Positions 43,726 through 60,798 are shown, counted from the first letter of the stretch. The stretch is 64,000 nucleotides of DNA from the human T2T-CHM13v2.0 reference genome, Homo sapiens (GCF_009914755.1 NC_060937.1); one strand, 5' to 3'. Numbers and translations: made by a program. Notes: a model not told the origin generated them from the letters alone.

Positions 43726-45564
43726 ACCTGGAACCAGCCTGGGTTTCCAGCAAGATAGGACAGTGCCCATCTTGGGCTGGGTGGAAACATGGCACTGAAG
43801 ACATGGGCTCTTCGTTCTGGAGAAAATATTAGGGACCTGGTCAGAGCTCACTTACTTTTAGTAATAAATATTCAATTCAACGAATATTTATTAAGCTCTT
43901 ACTGTACAACAATGAACAAAGCTCCTAATCTTCATGGAGCTTACGTTCTAGGAAGGGAAGAGAGAAAATTCACATCTATCTACATGACTAAATCGCATTG
44001 CTATGTTAGAAGGTTATTTATGTGCTAAGATAAAAAGAAAATGTAGAACAGAGGAAGAAGGTTAAGATGGTTATGAAAGAAGTTTTAAGGAGATGATCAG
44101 GGAAGACCTCATGGTTCATATTGGAGAATTGTTGATCACATTTCTGTTGTTTGACCTGACTTCTTTGTTGATCTCTTAAGAGATGCAGGCTGAGATCTTG
44201 ACTCACTCAAAACTTGTAGGGAACTGCTTAATATTTCTGCCTATTTAACCCTGGAAGCGTTGGGTTGTTTGGTCTGCAGAGTCAGGGGTGAGTCAGCCCA
44301 TGGGTTCTGCTTTATTGGCTGGGTAGCACTCCCTTACTGGAGGGCAGTTCTGAATGTGTGCCCCATGGGTGCTGAGTTATGGGCTGGGTGGGGTGTCTAG
44401 AGGAGTGGGAAGTGAGGGTCAGACACCGAGGACATTGCGGAGCTGAGAGAGGAAGTTCAGGATGGATAGAAAGATGTAGCTGCGATTCTTCTAGAGAGAC
44501 CCTTGCCTGCCTAGGTGAAGATAGGGATGAATTGTCCAAAGAGGGCACATGACCCTAGATCCTACCTCTACCCAAGGACTATCTTCACCAAGGCAGTGGT
44601 CCCAGGAAGAGTAGCAAGAGGGTGGAGATAACAGAGCAGCCCCCTCAGTACTGGGAAAACAGCAGGTTCCATGCACTTTTGTGGTGGGCCAGGGCTTTAG
44701 ATGAGTGAATGACAGATTCACCTTTTACCCAGTTATTGAGACATCATGAGGAGTGTTAAGATTCTGAAAGTAAATTTCCACGATAACATGTTTATGGTGT
44801 CATTTGGTCTTCCTCTGTGGAACTGGTAATGATTTTGACTTTCAAGATGAGATCTTCTCTTCTGACCATAAAACAAGATGTTGCAAACGAGGTTCCCAGC
44901 TGTCCTGGTCTGTCGGCATGGCTGCTCGATGGCTCTGGTGGCTGATAACTCAGGATGTTGTTGCTGGAGAGTGGGGAACTCGTCCAGATCCTCCTGAGAC
45001 ACCACTTTCCTTTTTCATACAAAAACAACACCGTGCTTCCAATCGTGCTGACTGCACACCAGATTCCATTGACTGTTTTTCTACCCTACCCTGCTTATTT
45101 TTATTCATCTGGCTACTTTATTTTAGGGATTTGCAAAGCTTGTCTTGGCAGTGGTGACTCTTATTGTTTTATTTCTGGCTGCTCGGCTTTCATGTGAATG
45201 CTTCCATTAAGAGGCGGACGTGGGGAGGACGTGGTTCTGGGGTTCCGGTTTGCTGCCTAGGTATGTTTGCACAGATAGAGCTGTGGTGGCCCAGCTCCAC
45301 GCTGCAGAGCCAGACCTAGGCTGGGATTCCAGCAGGAAAGGACAATGCCCATTGTGGGTTGGATGGAGGATACGTGGCACTAAAGACATGTGCTCTTCTT
45401 TCTGGAGAAAATTTTAGGAACCTGGCCAGAGGTCACTTACTTTTAGTACAGAGCTATAGAAACTTTTTAATGCCTGGTGACCAGGCACCTGAAATGGGTC
45501 AGTCATTTTTTTTTCTTCTACAAGCTATACCCATATGAACAACTGATGTTGCCTGTATGCAGTT

Positions 45565-45760
45565 CTATGAGGCAGAATCAGTAGATTCAAGACAGGACTT
45601 TGGTGTCATACAAACCTGGATTAGTTCTTGGCTCTGCCACTTACTAACTCAGTGTCCTTGGACAAGTTACCTAACCTCTGTAGTCTTTAGTGCCTGCACG
45701 TGATTGGGAATTGTAACAGCACCTGCCTCGCTAGGTTGTGATGAGGATTACGTGAGGAAA
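45565..45760. mobile_element. MIR
   Basis: ggctctgccacttactaactcagtgtccttggacaagttacctaacctct. Confidence 0.8.
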
Positions 45761-48700
45761 AAAAGCCCCACAAATTTTCTGTGATGATGGACAACTCAAA
45801 ATACGCAAAACTCCATTCCAGGTCAGATTCTTGTTGCTCTGATTGTATCAGAAACTAGCTGAGGAGTTCAGAGTAAGGATCTAACCTAGCAATGCTTAAT
45901 TCTGGATTGGGTAAGATTTTATTTCCCAAATCAGGTTATTTCTCAGGTACTAGCCTGGTATCCAAATCGGACCCTTTCTGGGAACTACCTCTGCTCTTAG
46001 GACAGCAGCATCTGTGGAGGGTTGGTTTAGGTAGAGAAAGCAGAAATAGGTTGTGTCGTCTGCTCACCTGGCTTTCCCATAGCCCAGTGGGAATCAACTG
46101 GACATCTCAAGAATCCTGATGTCCAAGCCACGCTCTAAAGTTTCTGGCTATGAACCCCAGGCTTTAGGATGTTAAAAAAAACTCTCCGAGTGATTGCAGT
46201 GTGCCAACAAGATTGAGAAACAATATACAAATAGCTCATAAGCCGATTCACTAACACCTCTATACAAGCATATTTATAATAGAATTAGAGCAATAAATAA
46301 CAAAGACATACACAAATTCTTTATCTGCATGTATCTCTAGCTTTTAAAAGCTTACTTATCTTTCTGTCACTCAGACCCTACTGTACCTTTTCACAGCCCC
46401 TTGCCCATTTGCTCCCTCTTATTTGGTTGCCGTTCAAGACAAAGATACTAGTTGCCTTTTTAATATTTTCCTGTTATCTATGAGCTCTTATTCTTTCTGT
46501 CTTTCCTGAGTGGGAGAACCTTCATTACTCACAACTTGATGTATCTGTCATTGTTAGTGGTGCTTCTGGCATGGCTCTGACCTTTCAAAAGGCAGAGTTA
46601 GGAATGCTCATATCTCTCTGTGAACCATGAACGGACTGCCCTCTCATGTCTTTAATTCAATTAAGTCCTAGATTCATTCCTTCCTTTCTCTCTTTTTCTC
46701 TCCCTTTTAAAGAGGGACCAGACGTTGTTTTATTTCTTGGTTATCAGGACAGAAAAATTTTGAACATGTACGTATATCTTTCGCTCCCACTGTTTGTAAA
46801 GGGATTATCTCTTCTGGATTATCAGAATCAAAACATCTTGATCCACACTCACTTCCCCTTCCCTTCTAGGTGTCTTCCCCATGGTGTGCTCTCAAAGACA
46901 CACTATGATTTCCACATCAGCCTAAGCAAAGCATCAAAAAGCAAACATGCCCATTTTTTTTGCACCCTCTTCCTCTCTTCTGTTAACAAAGTTGAGGATT
47001 AAATGATACTCAGAGAAAAAGCAAGTCATATATTTGGAAACCTATTAATCAAAATAGAGTGTTTATGTAAGGTTAATATAATCAGCAATTCGAGCCAAGC
47101 TTCATGTTGTTACTTCTAGAATTAAGCCCATCAGCTGACCTATTTTTTTCAGTACTTTCCTTTTTTATCCATGATTTTCATTACTTTCTTACCTTCTGGG
47201 CTTATACGAAGACCATGTCGACTTTATTTTGGTTGAATTTTGGACACATAAAAGTGCAGTGAAGATTTCATTGCTGTATCTTCCTGATAATAAAGCTGTT
47301 CTTGCTTGGCCTTATTCCATGGAGAAAGAGTGGTCTTGTGTGGGGAGCTTTATCCATCGTTAGCGTTGGGCACAAAAGTGACAGAAGCTTTCAGAGCCTT
47401 AGTTTTGTCATCTTTAGGTTGGTGGGGCTACTGCTGCTACATGCAGTGGTTTAAATGAGGTGCCAGATGTGAAGCTCCAGTGTCAGGCATGCTTGAATTG
47501 GTCAATGCGTGGTAAACTTTGCCAGCTGTCATTCATCTACCTTCTCCCAAATGCCTAGCTCTTTATTTGCACCATTTTTAAAGCACAATTAGGGCATCCT
47601 GCCTTATGTTTCATTCTGGGTTTGCCTCATCTTACTTTTCAAAATTTAAACTCCTTGAAAGTAGGCCTGAAGTAGTTTTCCTTTTCCGTAGCTATCCCAT
47701 CCTTAGTGTACGTTGAGGATGCATACATAATTCAGCAGGGAGTGAACTAAAACTAAACAACAAAAAAAAGGAAAGCTTTTGTTTTTCTGTTTTGCAGTTT
47801 TGTTTTAACTTGGGTGATGCCGATCTGGGCAACTGTTTTTGTATAGCCAGTGAAAGTGTCTAAGCTGTGTGTAGATTTTGTAATATAGTTTCATCCTTGT
47901 TAATGTAGAAATTGTAACACAAACCCAAGACAACAGGGGACCCATTGCATAGGTGAGTTCTCACTAACTCAGTGGACAGGGTGGTCTGCCTGTTTGTCCC
48001 CCAGTGTAGGCCTGGGCATGGCAGAAGCCCATTGTTACCTTATAACTTTATGAATGTATAATGTGTAGCCTGGCTCCTTTCAGAAAGGAATCCTAAAAAA
48101 GTACATATAGAATAGCATAATTAAAAATGAGAATTAAAAGAGATCAGACACAACTTAAAATAATGGGAAAATGAAGGCTTTACTGGGTAAACCTCCTTTT
48201 CCTTTCAGCTAGCAGGACTAATCTCATTCCTTGAGAGGCTCTGACCAGCCCTTAGCACAGCTGCTTCTGGGATGCAGTCACACAGCCAGGGAAGAAATTA
48301 CTTGGAAGGAAAAATGCCAGAGTTTTCCCTCAAACCTGGAGATTATGGAGGAAAAGATAAGAAGGGGGAGAGCAAATATAATCTGTATTGTAAATAGTAA
48401 TGAAAATACCAGACTGATACACTAATTAGTGCAATATTCTAGCATGTTTTTAGCAAATTGTTATTAATGATGCCATTAGTAAGTGTAGCCCAGAATTGAA
48501 TATTAGCTGAATTTGTAAGTCATTTTGTAATTTATTTGTCTTACCATTGCATTTTTCCCAAGTTTGAAAACAGAACACTTTTAAAATTCAGATTATATGA
48601 TGGAATATATATTCTACAGTGAAATGTCAAATTCATTAAAATAATGTGCCAATATTTAATTACAGTATTGGTGGGTTTATATTTTATAACTTCTTGTGAT

Positions 48701-49639
48701 ATTTAACTGCTGCTATTAATTATGATGATGAAACAAAATTTCTTGGATTTTGAATATTTTTGATTTAATATATTTGACTTCAGAATAAATTTGACTTATT
48801 CACATAAATCTTAGCTTTGAAAAGAATGTTAGAACTCATCTAGTTGTATATACTTTAATATTACCTATTCAGAAACAGAGGTCTAGAAAATTGAGTAACT
48901 TCCTCAAACATCTCAGGTGGTCGTAGATTTAGAACTAGTCTTCTGCTCTCAGGTTAGAGTGGTTTCTATTATTAATTTTATGTCCCATTGTCCTTTAAAA
49001 GGTTCGTAGCTATGTGACAGTATTGCTACAAAAATACTATTTTCTTCTTGCTTAAAGAAACATTGGTGATGCTGAAATCACAGAAACACTCTCATTACCT
49101 AAAATAGTTCTTGAAATATTCTACGCACATGTATTCTGTATCTTTTTCATTCAATTAGATAGTATAGTTCTAGCAATTCTCAGGAAAGGTTAAGTTTGGA
49201 ATGTAAACTGGACCTCAGTGGAACTTTCTTTGAGTTGAACCTGAAGGAAACCACACATATAAGTTTTCGGGGCAAACTTCCAGCACTGTAGCACATCAAG
49301 ACCACTATGTCTAGTAAAGTGTTTCAGAAAGAAAGAACACAAGAGACTTCTGGAATTCTTTTCTATTTAGATTCTAAACATTCGTGAAAGGAGTGTTGCT
49401 TTAATATTTTCCTTAATTTAATATGAGGAACTTCACAGTTTGCTCTTGCTTCTTAATTCTTTTTAAGTGAAATGAAATTCTTCGTGTAGAGAAAGAGTAA
49501 GAATGCTGATGGGAGAATGAGACAGAGATGTGTATACACACATACACACAATTACATATGTTATCATAATATGTATATATTATGTATCACAATGAAATAA
49601 GCAATGCGTTGATATCTCTAAAGGCACAGAAGTATCTAC

Positions 49640-51150
<1,511 letters not shown>

Positions 51151-51153
51151 CTT

Positions 51154-51642
51154 CAGTGGTTCCCAACCTTTTTGGCACCAGGGACCGGTTTTGTGGAAGA
51201 CAGCTTTTCCCCAGACCGGGGTGGGGGATGGTTTCAGGATGACTGAAGCGCATTACTTTATTGTACACTTTATTTCTATTATTACTACATTGTAATATAT
51301 AATGAAATAATTATATAACTCACCATAATACAGAATCAATGGCAGCCCTGACCTTGTTTTCCTGCTCTAGAAGGTCCCATCTGAGGGGGATGGGAGACAG
51401 TGACAGATCATCAGACATTAGATTCTAACAAGGAGCACGCAACCTAGGTCTCTTGCCTGCACAGTTCACAATAGGGTTCATGCTCCTATGAGAATTCAAT
51501 GCCCCAGCTGATCTGACAGGAGGCGGAGCTCAGGCAGTAATGTGAGCAGTGGGGAGTGGCTGTAAATACAGATGAAGTTTCACTTGCCAGCCTGACACTC
51601 ACCTCCTGCTGTGCAGACCTGTACCAGTCTGGTCCGTGGCCT
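51154..51642. mobile_element. MER1A (hAT-Charlie)
   Basis: cagtggttcccaacctttttggcaccagggaccggttttgtggaagac...gctgatctgacaggaggcggagctcagg. Confidence 0.88.
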
Positions 51643-52926
51643 TGATTTCCATATGTATGTCTCTTGACCCATTTCCCATCTTAGTAATTCATGCCATTGA
51701 CCTTCCCATCTATCCACCACACTGCTCTATGATGTGTTTTTAATATCCAGGCGAGCTCATCCTCTCAGGGCTCTTCTTTGTTGAGAAATACTTTACTGTT
51801 TTCACATTATTTAACCATGAGATCTTTAGAATCAACTTGTGCAATAACCCCAACAGTTTTTTTAAAATTCTGGAAGTATTTTTTTGTTTAAATTGGAAGT
51901 GCCTTAAATTATATAGATATAATTGAGATAATTGTCATCACCTTTTAAAATTTTGCCTTAGTAGCATTTTAAAGTTTTCTTCATATAAATTTTGCATATT
52001 CCTTAAGATTTGCTGGGGATTTTGCCCTTTTGCTATTATCATAAATTATATCTCTTCTTTTGTGTCATTTTGCTGGTGTGTGTAAAATATATAAAATATC
52101 CCTTAATAAGGTTGTTTAAAAATTAATACCAAATGCCTTTTACATATCCTTGAAGATGATCATATATCATTTCACTTTGGTCTATTTATAAGGTGAATTG
52201 TTTTGATAGTATAAGATCCTCATGTTCTCTATGAACCCATAAAAAAGGACGATTTTATGTTCTTTGCAGGGACATGGATGAAGCTGGAAACCATCATTCT
52301 CAAAATTATTCCTTGAAAGTTTGTTAGAATTCTCCCTCTGAAGCTATCTCATCCTGATTTTGCTTATTTGTATATTTATTTATTGGAGGGAAGGTGGCTC
52401 TTTAACATCTATTTCATCTGTGATATTGACATATTTACATTTTCTGTGTTTTCTTTGGCTAAGGTGTGGTTTCTTAAGTATATGTTACATATTATTTACT
52501 GAAAATCTTCAGTTACTGTTTGAGTCTCTTCTGATACAGGGTGAGGTTATCTCTTATTGTTGAGTTGTTTTCAAAAGTAGTGGTTCTTTCCTTATAGTCT
52601 ATGTTTTCTGGAATTTGACAATCATGTCTCCCATTCATTTAGATATTAGGATATTAAGGACTATTGCATAATCTTATCATCAGGATGGTAATACTGTAGG
52701 CCGTACTGTATGATTACGCTGCTCTGGGGACTGTGATTGCTTTCTTTGGTACCTTTGCCCAGTGGTGTCCAGTTTTACTGCTGATTGTGCTTCATAGTGT
52801 CAGTTCTTAACAGATACAATTTATCTCAGTCTTATATATTATAGGCTCTCAGTAATTCTAGTGAGTAAAGTACTTGGTTATTGTCTGTTATGGGTTTATT
52901 TGTAAAGGATGTAAAAGACATGTTCC

Positions 52927-53099
52927 TACAAAAATTAGCCAGGCATGGTGGTGCATGCCTGTAGACCCAGCTACTCGAGAGGCTGAGGTAGAAGGAACAC
53001 CTGAGCCTGGGAGGTTGAGATTGCAGTGAGCTGAAATCGTGCCACTGCAGTCTGGTATAGGCAACCAAGTGAGATCCTGTCTCAAAAAAAAAAAAAAAA
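52927..53099 (+). mobile_element. Alu right arm (AluJ-like)
   Basis: tacaaaaattagccaggcatggtgg...ctgtctc plus poly-A. Confidence 0.9.
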
Positions 53100-53455
53100 T
53101 TGAATTAATAATTTTGGTAAATATATATGTATTCAGATACGTTAAAGGATAGCATTTTGCATACTTGTCTGGTAGAATGAGTTGGACATAATTTTTAGTT
53201 ACAGTAAAAAGTTCTTTAGAGAGCTAAAAAGTTTTAGTGGTATTTTTGCTTTTCCAAATCCCACATGTCCCAGAATTTGGCAAGGAAATAGAAAAAGGAA
53301 ATAGAAATCACAGTGCTGTAGTAACAGAGGTGCAAAAAAAAATGATAATGTTGGTCAAAATGTATAATGTTAAGAAAAACAGTGTTTGTGGTTAATAAAA
53401 GTGTATTGATTTTGTTCAAATTTTGTTGAGAAAATATTCTCTCCTTTTCTTATAG

Positions 53456-53600
53456 ACTTATCTAAAAACAGACTGGTTGAAGTTCCAATGGAATTGTGCC
53501 ATTTTGTATCACTGGAAATTCTTAATCTGTATCACAACTGTATCAGAGTCATTCCTGAGGCCATCGTTAATCTGCAGATGCTGACTTACCTGAACTTGAG
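53456..53600 (+). CDS. LRCH1: Internal coding exon (probably exon 2) of LRCH1, leucine-rich repeat region
   Basis: Pyrimidine tract and acceptor ttctctccttttcttatag| at 53455, donor TTGAG|gtaggt at 53601. 145 bp, phase 1 in and phase 2 out, open frame (D)LSKNRLVEVPMELCHFVSLEILNLYHNCIRVIPEAIVNLQMLTYLNL(S) with LxxLxLxxNxI LRR pattern. Peptide matches LRCH1 as I recall it. Confidence 0.95.
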
Positions 53601-54621
53601 GTAGGTTAAACATAAAAGTTGTAATCAAATTCAGTGAAAGAAATAAAAAACTTATGCTTTCATTTCTATCCATTTTTTCCCCTTTTTGCAATTCTTGATT
53701 TTTCTTTGATGTAGGTCACACACAGATGTTTTAAGTAATAACTTTTCTAATAAATTTGTAATGTTGTTAATACTGTCCTTGGTGCTAGACTTCCCTGAAT
53801 GTGAATAAGACAAGGTTTTTTTTTAAAAAATGATTTATATTATATCATTTATTCTCTTTGTCTAATTGGCATTTGTAAGGTTGTAGTTATATTGTCTTCA
53901 AGTATTCATGTAGATTTTGGAGGAGGAAGTATAAAGGAAGTGAAAAAGAGTTTGGTTGTCAGGACAAACAAGGAGCAAAAAAAAAAAAAAAAAAAAAGAA
54001 AGCCTGGGTGATCTTTGGCAATTATTGGTAACATTGGGCTTTGCTACCTAGTACTAATTGAGCCCATTCACTTTAAGCCTTCTTAAGAAAGTTGAGGAGC
54101 ACTGAACAACTCTAGCCAGATACAAAGTTTGCTATCTATCTTTACATCCCGCTAACTTAGGTCAGTGTTTGCTGAGCATGGTTTAGTAATGTGCATTGAT
54201 TGATTATGCACAACATAATATCATATATTAATGCCCCTGAGTAGCTCTGATATTAAGAAAATCAGTTATTTTAAGGCCTTGGTTTTAGACTTTGCAGCTA
54301 GGTTCTCTGGTCAAATTCTAAATCCTTTCCCCATATCTGGGATGTCAGGAGAGAAAGGGAAGCTGTTTCATCAAATATATCTTTACGGTGAATACAAGAT
54401 CCCCAATTGCAAGCCTGAATGTAGCCTTTACTCATGTCATTGCATCATGTTAGTGTGCAAAGGGGAGCAAGACTTGTGTTGAATAACAGATATACCCAAC
54501 ATCAAAGTTCAGAAAGTTCAATGAACCAGGTATAATGTCAGTGGTTTTTTAGTTTTGATTTTAGTTTTGATTTAGTTGGCTACTGAAAATTACTGGTTTT
54601 GTCTTGTTTTCCTTGCAGTCA

Positions 54622-55628
<1,007 letters not shown>

Positions 55629-56796
55629 AAGTGTATTTGTTTTTTTTGTTTTTTTTTTTTGTCAGGGTTGAAAAAAATCCTAGCAGGTTTTTAAGTAGCC
55701 TTAACTTCTTTTTGGTAAATAAGGTGTAGGTTACTGTTAGGATTGTCTGGAGGCTCATATATCTAATCTTCACTTTTGCAGATTTCTAACTTATCTGACC
55801 ATTTTGAATTTTCTTGCTGTTTCTACCATAGTGGGGTGTTAATAACCTTGGAATTTCCTGGTGCAGCAAGCATAAGTGTCTATAGAATTTGGGTCAGTAT
55901 CTCCTAAGACATCTGTACTCTAATTCCAACATATACAGGGGAAAGCATGTGTAGTTGGTCTGTTTACTTACCTACTCCTGTCCTGCTGTGTGTGACATTT
56001 TCACTGCTGGTAGTCCTGGATGCAGTAAGTCTATATATTTAACTTTGCATTGTTGTATTTAGTCCATGTTCATTGAGAAACTTTTGGGTATAGATAACAT
56101 TTTACTTTTACAATGATAGGGATTTTAAAATGCTAATCACACTAAATAATGTCATCTTAAAATGTATATTATATTTTTAGAACATTAGTAAAATGGTTTT
56201 GGTGTGATGGTTTCCATGTCACCCCCAGTTGAGAATAGATTATTGCTGTCTTCAGATGGGTAGGAAGAATATATTGCAGTATGGATCTGAGGATGTTTTA
56301 AGGCAAAGACAGAGAATTCATTGAAACGGATCATGGCTGAAGAGGACCATGTGGTATGTTATAAACAGTTTTGTGATGAATTCCTGGGTAATGGAAAGGA
56401 AAAAGAATATAGGAAGAGGCTGTTAAGCATCTAACTCTTCAAATATGGTTTACAGTCTGTAATTTTTAGCTTCCTGGTTGCATCTGTTTTCTCCCACTTA
56501 CATGGGTCATTCTGTTTTTGTTCTGTTTTTCTTTGCCCACTTCTCCTACTTTTAATATTACCATGTTTAAGACCTATTCTCCCATACTGAATCATGTGCT
56601 CTTTGAAGGAATTTGACAAATAGAGAAAATTTGAGGAAAAGCTTATCTCACAGAGGTATTGTATAAAGATATAAAAAAAAGTGTAGCTATCCTCTAAAGT
56701 TTTTGAAAGCCAGATACTATATATACATATATAATTATTTTCAAAACCTCCTATAAAATTTTTTACATGAGTATAAATGTATAACATAAAATAGTA

Positions 56797-57110
56797 GGCT
56801 GGGCTTGGTGGCTCACGCCTGTAATCCCAGCACTTTGGGAGGCCGAGGCAGGCAGATCCCTTGAGCCCAGGAGTTCGTGACCAGCCTGGGCAACATGTTG
56901 AAACCCTGTCTCTACTGAAAAAAAAAATACAAAAAGTAGCCGGGCGTGGTGGCGTGCACCTGTAGGCCCAGCTACTTGGGAGGCTGAGGTGAGAGGGTCT
57001 GGGAGGTTGAAGCTGCGGTGAGCCGTGATTGTGCTACTGCATTCCAGCCTGGGCAACGGAACAAGACCCTGTCTCAAAATAAAGAAAGAAAGAAAGAAAA
57101 TAAAATAAAA
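56797..57110 (+). mobile_element. AluJ with short internal deletion
   Basis: ttgagcccaggagttc; (AAAG)n/(AAAAT)n tail. Confidence 0.92.
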
Positions 57111-58373
57111 ATATTAATGAGAGTAATCTTTAAAGTAATCAGAAAGCTGGTCCTCTTGTGTTATTCAATTACAAGGCCTTTAATTCCTATTTGATTACTG
57201 GGTATAGTTGAAACAAGTCTTCTAGGAATTGGACCCTTGAAATTGAGATATTTATCAGATTTGATGTTGAATGCAATATAGCTTTTGCCTAAAAGATTTA
57301 TTAGTATCTGTGAAACAGTGACTGTCACATTTGTTTACTTCCAAATATGTAATTGTATCTAGAAAATACCAGTGGCATCTAATAAAATTCTTTTGAAGTC
57401 TTCTCAGATGTTGAGTAGTATCATCCACATGATAGTGTTGTCTGTGTGAGTTCTTCCTGTCCACAAACTACCACCCCACTCCCAGCCATCCCTAAGCCTG
57501 GTAAGCAGGAGGGACTCAGAATATCATGCTTGTGTGTGATGACAACGTGATGTCTCCTCCACAACAACCAGGGTTAGCCACGGTGGCCTTTTCACGTCTT
57601 TTCTGCTCCTCCTGGATATTATTAAGTTAGCAAAATAAAATATATATTTTGTTGGGTATGGTGAAGGGTCGTAGTGGACTTCATTGACTTTTGACCTTTG
57701 GGGAGAGACTGCCAATCCCCTCACTTGAAAAGGACACAGAGACTTAGGATGCTGCAAACACACCACTTTGTAGAAGAGCTAATCTAGTGTTTTTTCTTCA
57801 GTAGTTATAAATGGGATAGTATGCCAAAGAAAAAACTTACATATCCAAGATAGAAGTATATAATCAATGCAGGACATTATCATTAATTTTGATGTATGGG
57901 GAAGTCGGTGTGAATTTCTTAAAATTAAAGAAACTGTAAATTGCTTTTGAGCTCACACTTAAGGTAGATGATATCAAGTATAGTATGATCTGAAAGAGCT
58001 TTAACAAATAGGCAAGTATATCTGATTTTATAAACAAGTACCCTAAAATACTTTCTTTTCTGTAGCACTTAGAAATTTTCCTCTTATTTCTATTAATTGA
58101 AAAGAAAGACTTGTTAGATCAAATAGTGCCAAGAAGCTGGTTTTCAAATTTTCACAGATTTTGTCTGTCTGTACTTAAAATCAATGTGACCTCACTGTAT
58201 TTAGATTTTTTTCTTCTCTCAATAAATTGCATGTAGAAATTATTAATTTTGTATATTCCAAAGTAGGAAGATGCCATATGAAGCTACTTTGAATTCATGG
58301 GAAACATTCAAAACTGATTACACCCTCTGGGGTATATTGTGTATTTCAGCTGAGTAAACAGCCATAAATATTT

Positions 58374-58440
58374 GATAGTGATGGTGATAGTGATGGTGAT
58401 GATAATGATGATGACTATGATGGTGGCGGTGGTGGTGATA
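58374..58440. repeat. Imperfect (GAT/GGT)n trinucleotide repeat
   Basis: gatagtgatggtgatagtgatggtgatgataatgatgatg... Confidence 0.85.
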
Positions 58441-60710
58441 TGTCACTCCCTAACCAGCTTCTTGGCTGATATGTTGTCTTTAAATGTCAAAAGGCTGCTT
58501 GTTGCCAACAACCTCTAGTCCTAAATTAGAGATAAATTTAATTAGCACATGAAAAAAATCCTTACTGTGAAGTGCAGTTAAAAACACTTACATATTTTTC
58601 ACATTTTCTCACATGACAGAAATGTTATGTTTGTGGAAAATATTAATTTACTGCTGTTTATGTAGCCTGTGTTTGAAGGATTTGGGCTTTTAATCTTTGC
58701 CTCTTGGCGTTCACAACAAAAGGTTATGTTAGTTTAGTATATGTGCCACTGTGTCTTTTCCTGTTATAAAGTGTCTTAATCCAAGACATGTGGCCAAGAA
58801 CAATAAAAATGATTAAGCAAGATTTGTTCCTATAGAGGAACCAACACTTTGAACCTGAGTTACACAGGAAAGCCTCACAAAGTTTAAAATCTATTTTAAG
58901 ATGCTAGAGAGTTTGTTGTTGATGAGCCTCATGAAGAAAATGTACCATAGGAAAATAAAATAACCCAGACTAGCAAAACTCTTGGCAATAGTAGGAGTGT
59001 TGTGAATCTAAGAATAGGGACCTTGGTTAAAAAGTCTCATTTCAGCGTTAGCGGCTGCCAAGAAATGAAAGTTCTGTATAGTATTTGATCATATTGCTTC
59101 CAGAAGTCGTGGTGAGTGCTTTTACTTTTCTAGGGTGAAATACACTCAGCTAGGCCTGGTTTATTCATTAGAAGCCCCAACCTCTCCCAACCTACTAGGA
59201 GTGGGTTCCGAAGCATTGCCTGTAAAGAACAGGGCGGTCTCTTGAACAAAATGTTATCACACCATAAAAGGAATCTGTTTTGGCTGCTTTCTCTGCAGCC
59301 TGGCATTCTTTTTGGCTGCTGAACAATGTGCAGAAAGAGCCAGCTTCCTGATGGTCCTATAACCCGTATCCCCACATTCCTCTGGGAGTCACACTGAGAA
59401 GTCATCTTGGATTGGGACAAGTGTCTTGCATGCTAGGGTTGCCTTAGAAAACACAGACTTTATACTTTTTTTGTTGTGAACTAAAAATTAAATTTAACTA
59501 CATTTCTTCTTACTTGTAGAAGAAATGTCTTCTCTCCTTGCACTGACAATTCTAAAGAAAGTCTCAATTGTAGGCTAGTGTTTCTTCTCTCTTAAAAAAA
59601 TGAAAGAATTGATGATGTCTTCCTAAACTGGAAAGGAGGAGGAGTTTTGTTCAATTCGATAAAAATGTGTATCCCACATTCTTTCATGAAGATCTTACCC
59701 CATTCAAAGAGAAAATGAGAACACTTTAGTGTGTATATTAATGTATATATTTTCGAGCTGGTCTTTGGTAGCCAGATTTTGTTTTGTGAAATGACAGATC
59801 AGCAGAAAGACACCAAAAACACAGTGAACTGAACTGGAGTTTGAAAGTGAACTGACTTAAAATTTGAAAATATTTTTCACAGGATAGCAGAGTTGGAAGA
59901 GGCCATTGGAGTCATCCAGTGCATACGCACGGCCAACCATGTGGAGTTTACGCTTTGCCTTTTCTAGTGCTCACTGGGCATCTCTTTTCAAGGTGGAACC
60001 CGTAGCCAATGGTCCCTAAAATTATTAATGTGTTTATAAATTATTGTGCCTGTAAAATTATGTCCATTGCCATTGGTAGCTGACAGGCTTTATAAAGTGT
60101 GAATGAGTGAATGATTGGCTATTTCTTATCAGATTGAATTCCTTTTAGGATAGTTCATATTTGGCATAACTTCCAAGGAGGATTTTCCCATTATTACATA
60201 TCACCTGATCATAGCTGTTGTTTTGGATCAGTGTGTATTGAAAAAAAGAACAGAGAGACACAAAAGGGATATTATGACTTTGATAACTACAGTAGTGTCA
60301 GAATGTGTTGGTTTTGTTTTCAGTTCTGTTTCTGATCTTAATAGAGTTGTTAAGATCTTTGTGCAGCAGGTTAGTGCTCTGGAACTGAGGTAAATACCCA
60401 CTCCTAATTCAATTGTATTTTTTTTTGTTGTATATATTATTTTGTTTACAATATATATATTGTCAAAGTTTATTCTGCCAGCCCCAAATGAACAAGTTCC
60501 AAATTGCATTTATTTGTCTAATGAGACAGATAAAAAGCACTGTGAAACATTGCCATTTCATCAGTAATCAACTTACTATATATCCTCTAAGAACACTGCA
60601 CTTTACCAAGTCCTATAACAAGTGCTGTAGAGAAAAAGAGAGATTTTTTTTTTTTTTTAAAACATACATATATGAAAGGTGTGGATTTTGGGGATCATCA
60701 CCACCACCAC

Positions 60711-60742
60711 TTTTTTTCTTTCTTTCTTCTTTCATTTTTACT

Positions 60743-60798
<56 letters not shown>

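Noticed and set aside
44733-45197. Cluster of overlapping ORFs in non-repeat DNA
   Set aside because: No recognisable protein family, poly-A/TSD or convincing splice structure. A tBLASTn or PhyloCSF check would settle it.
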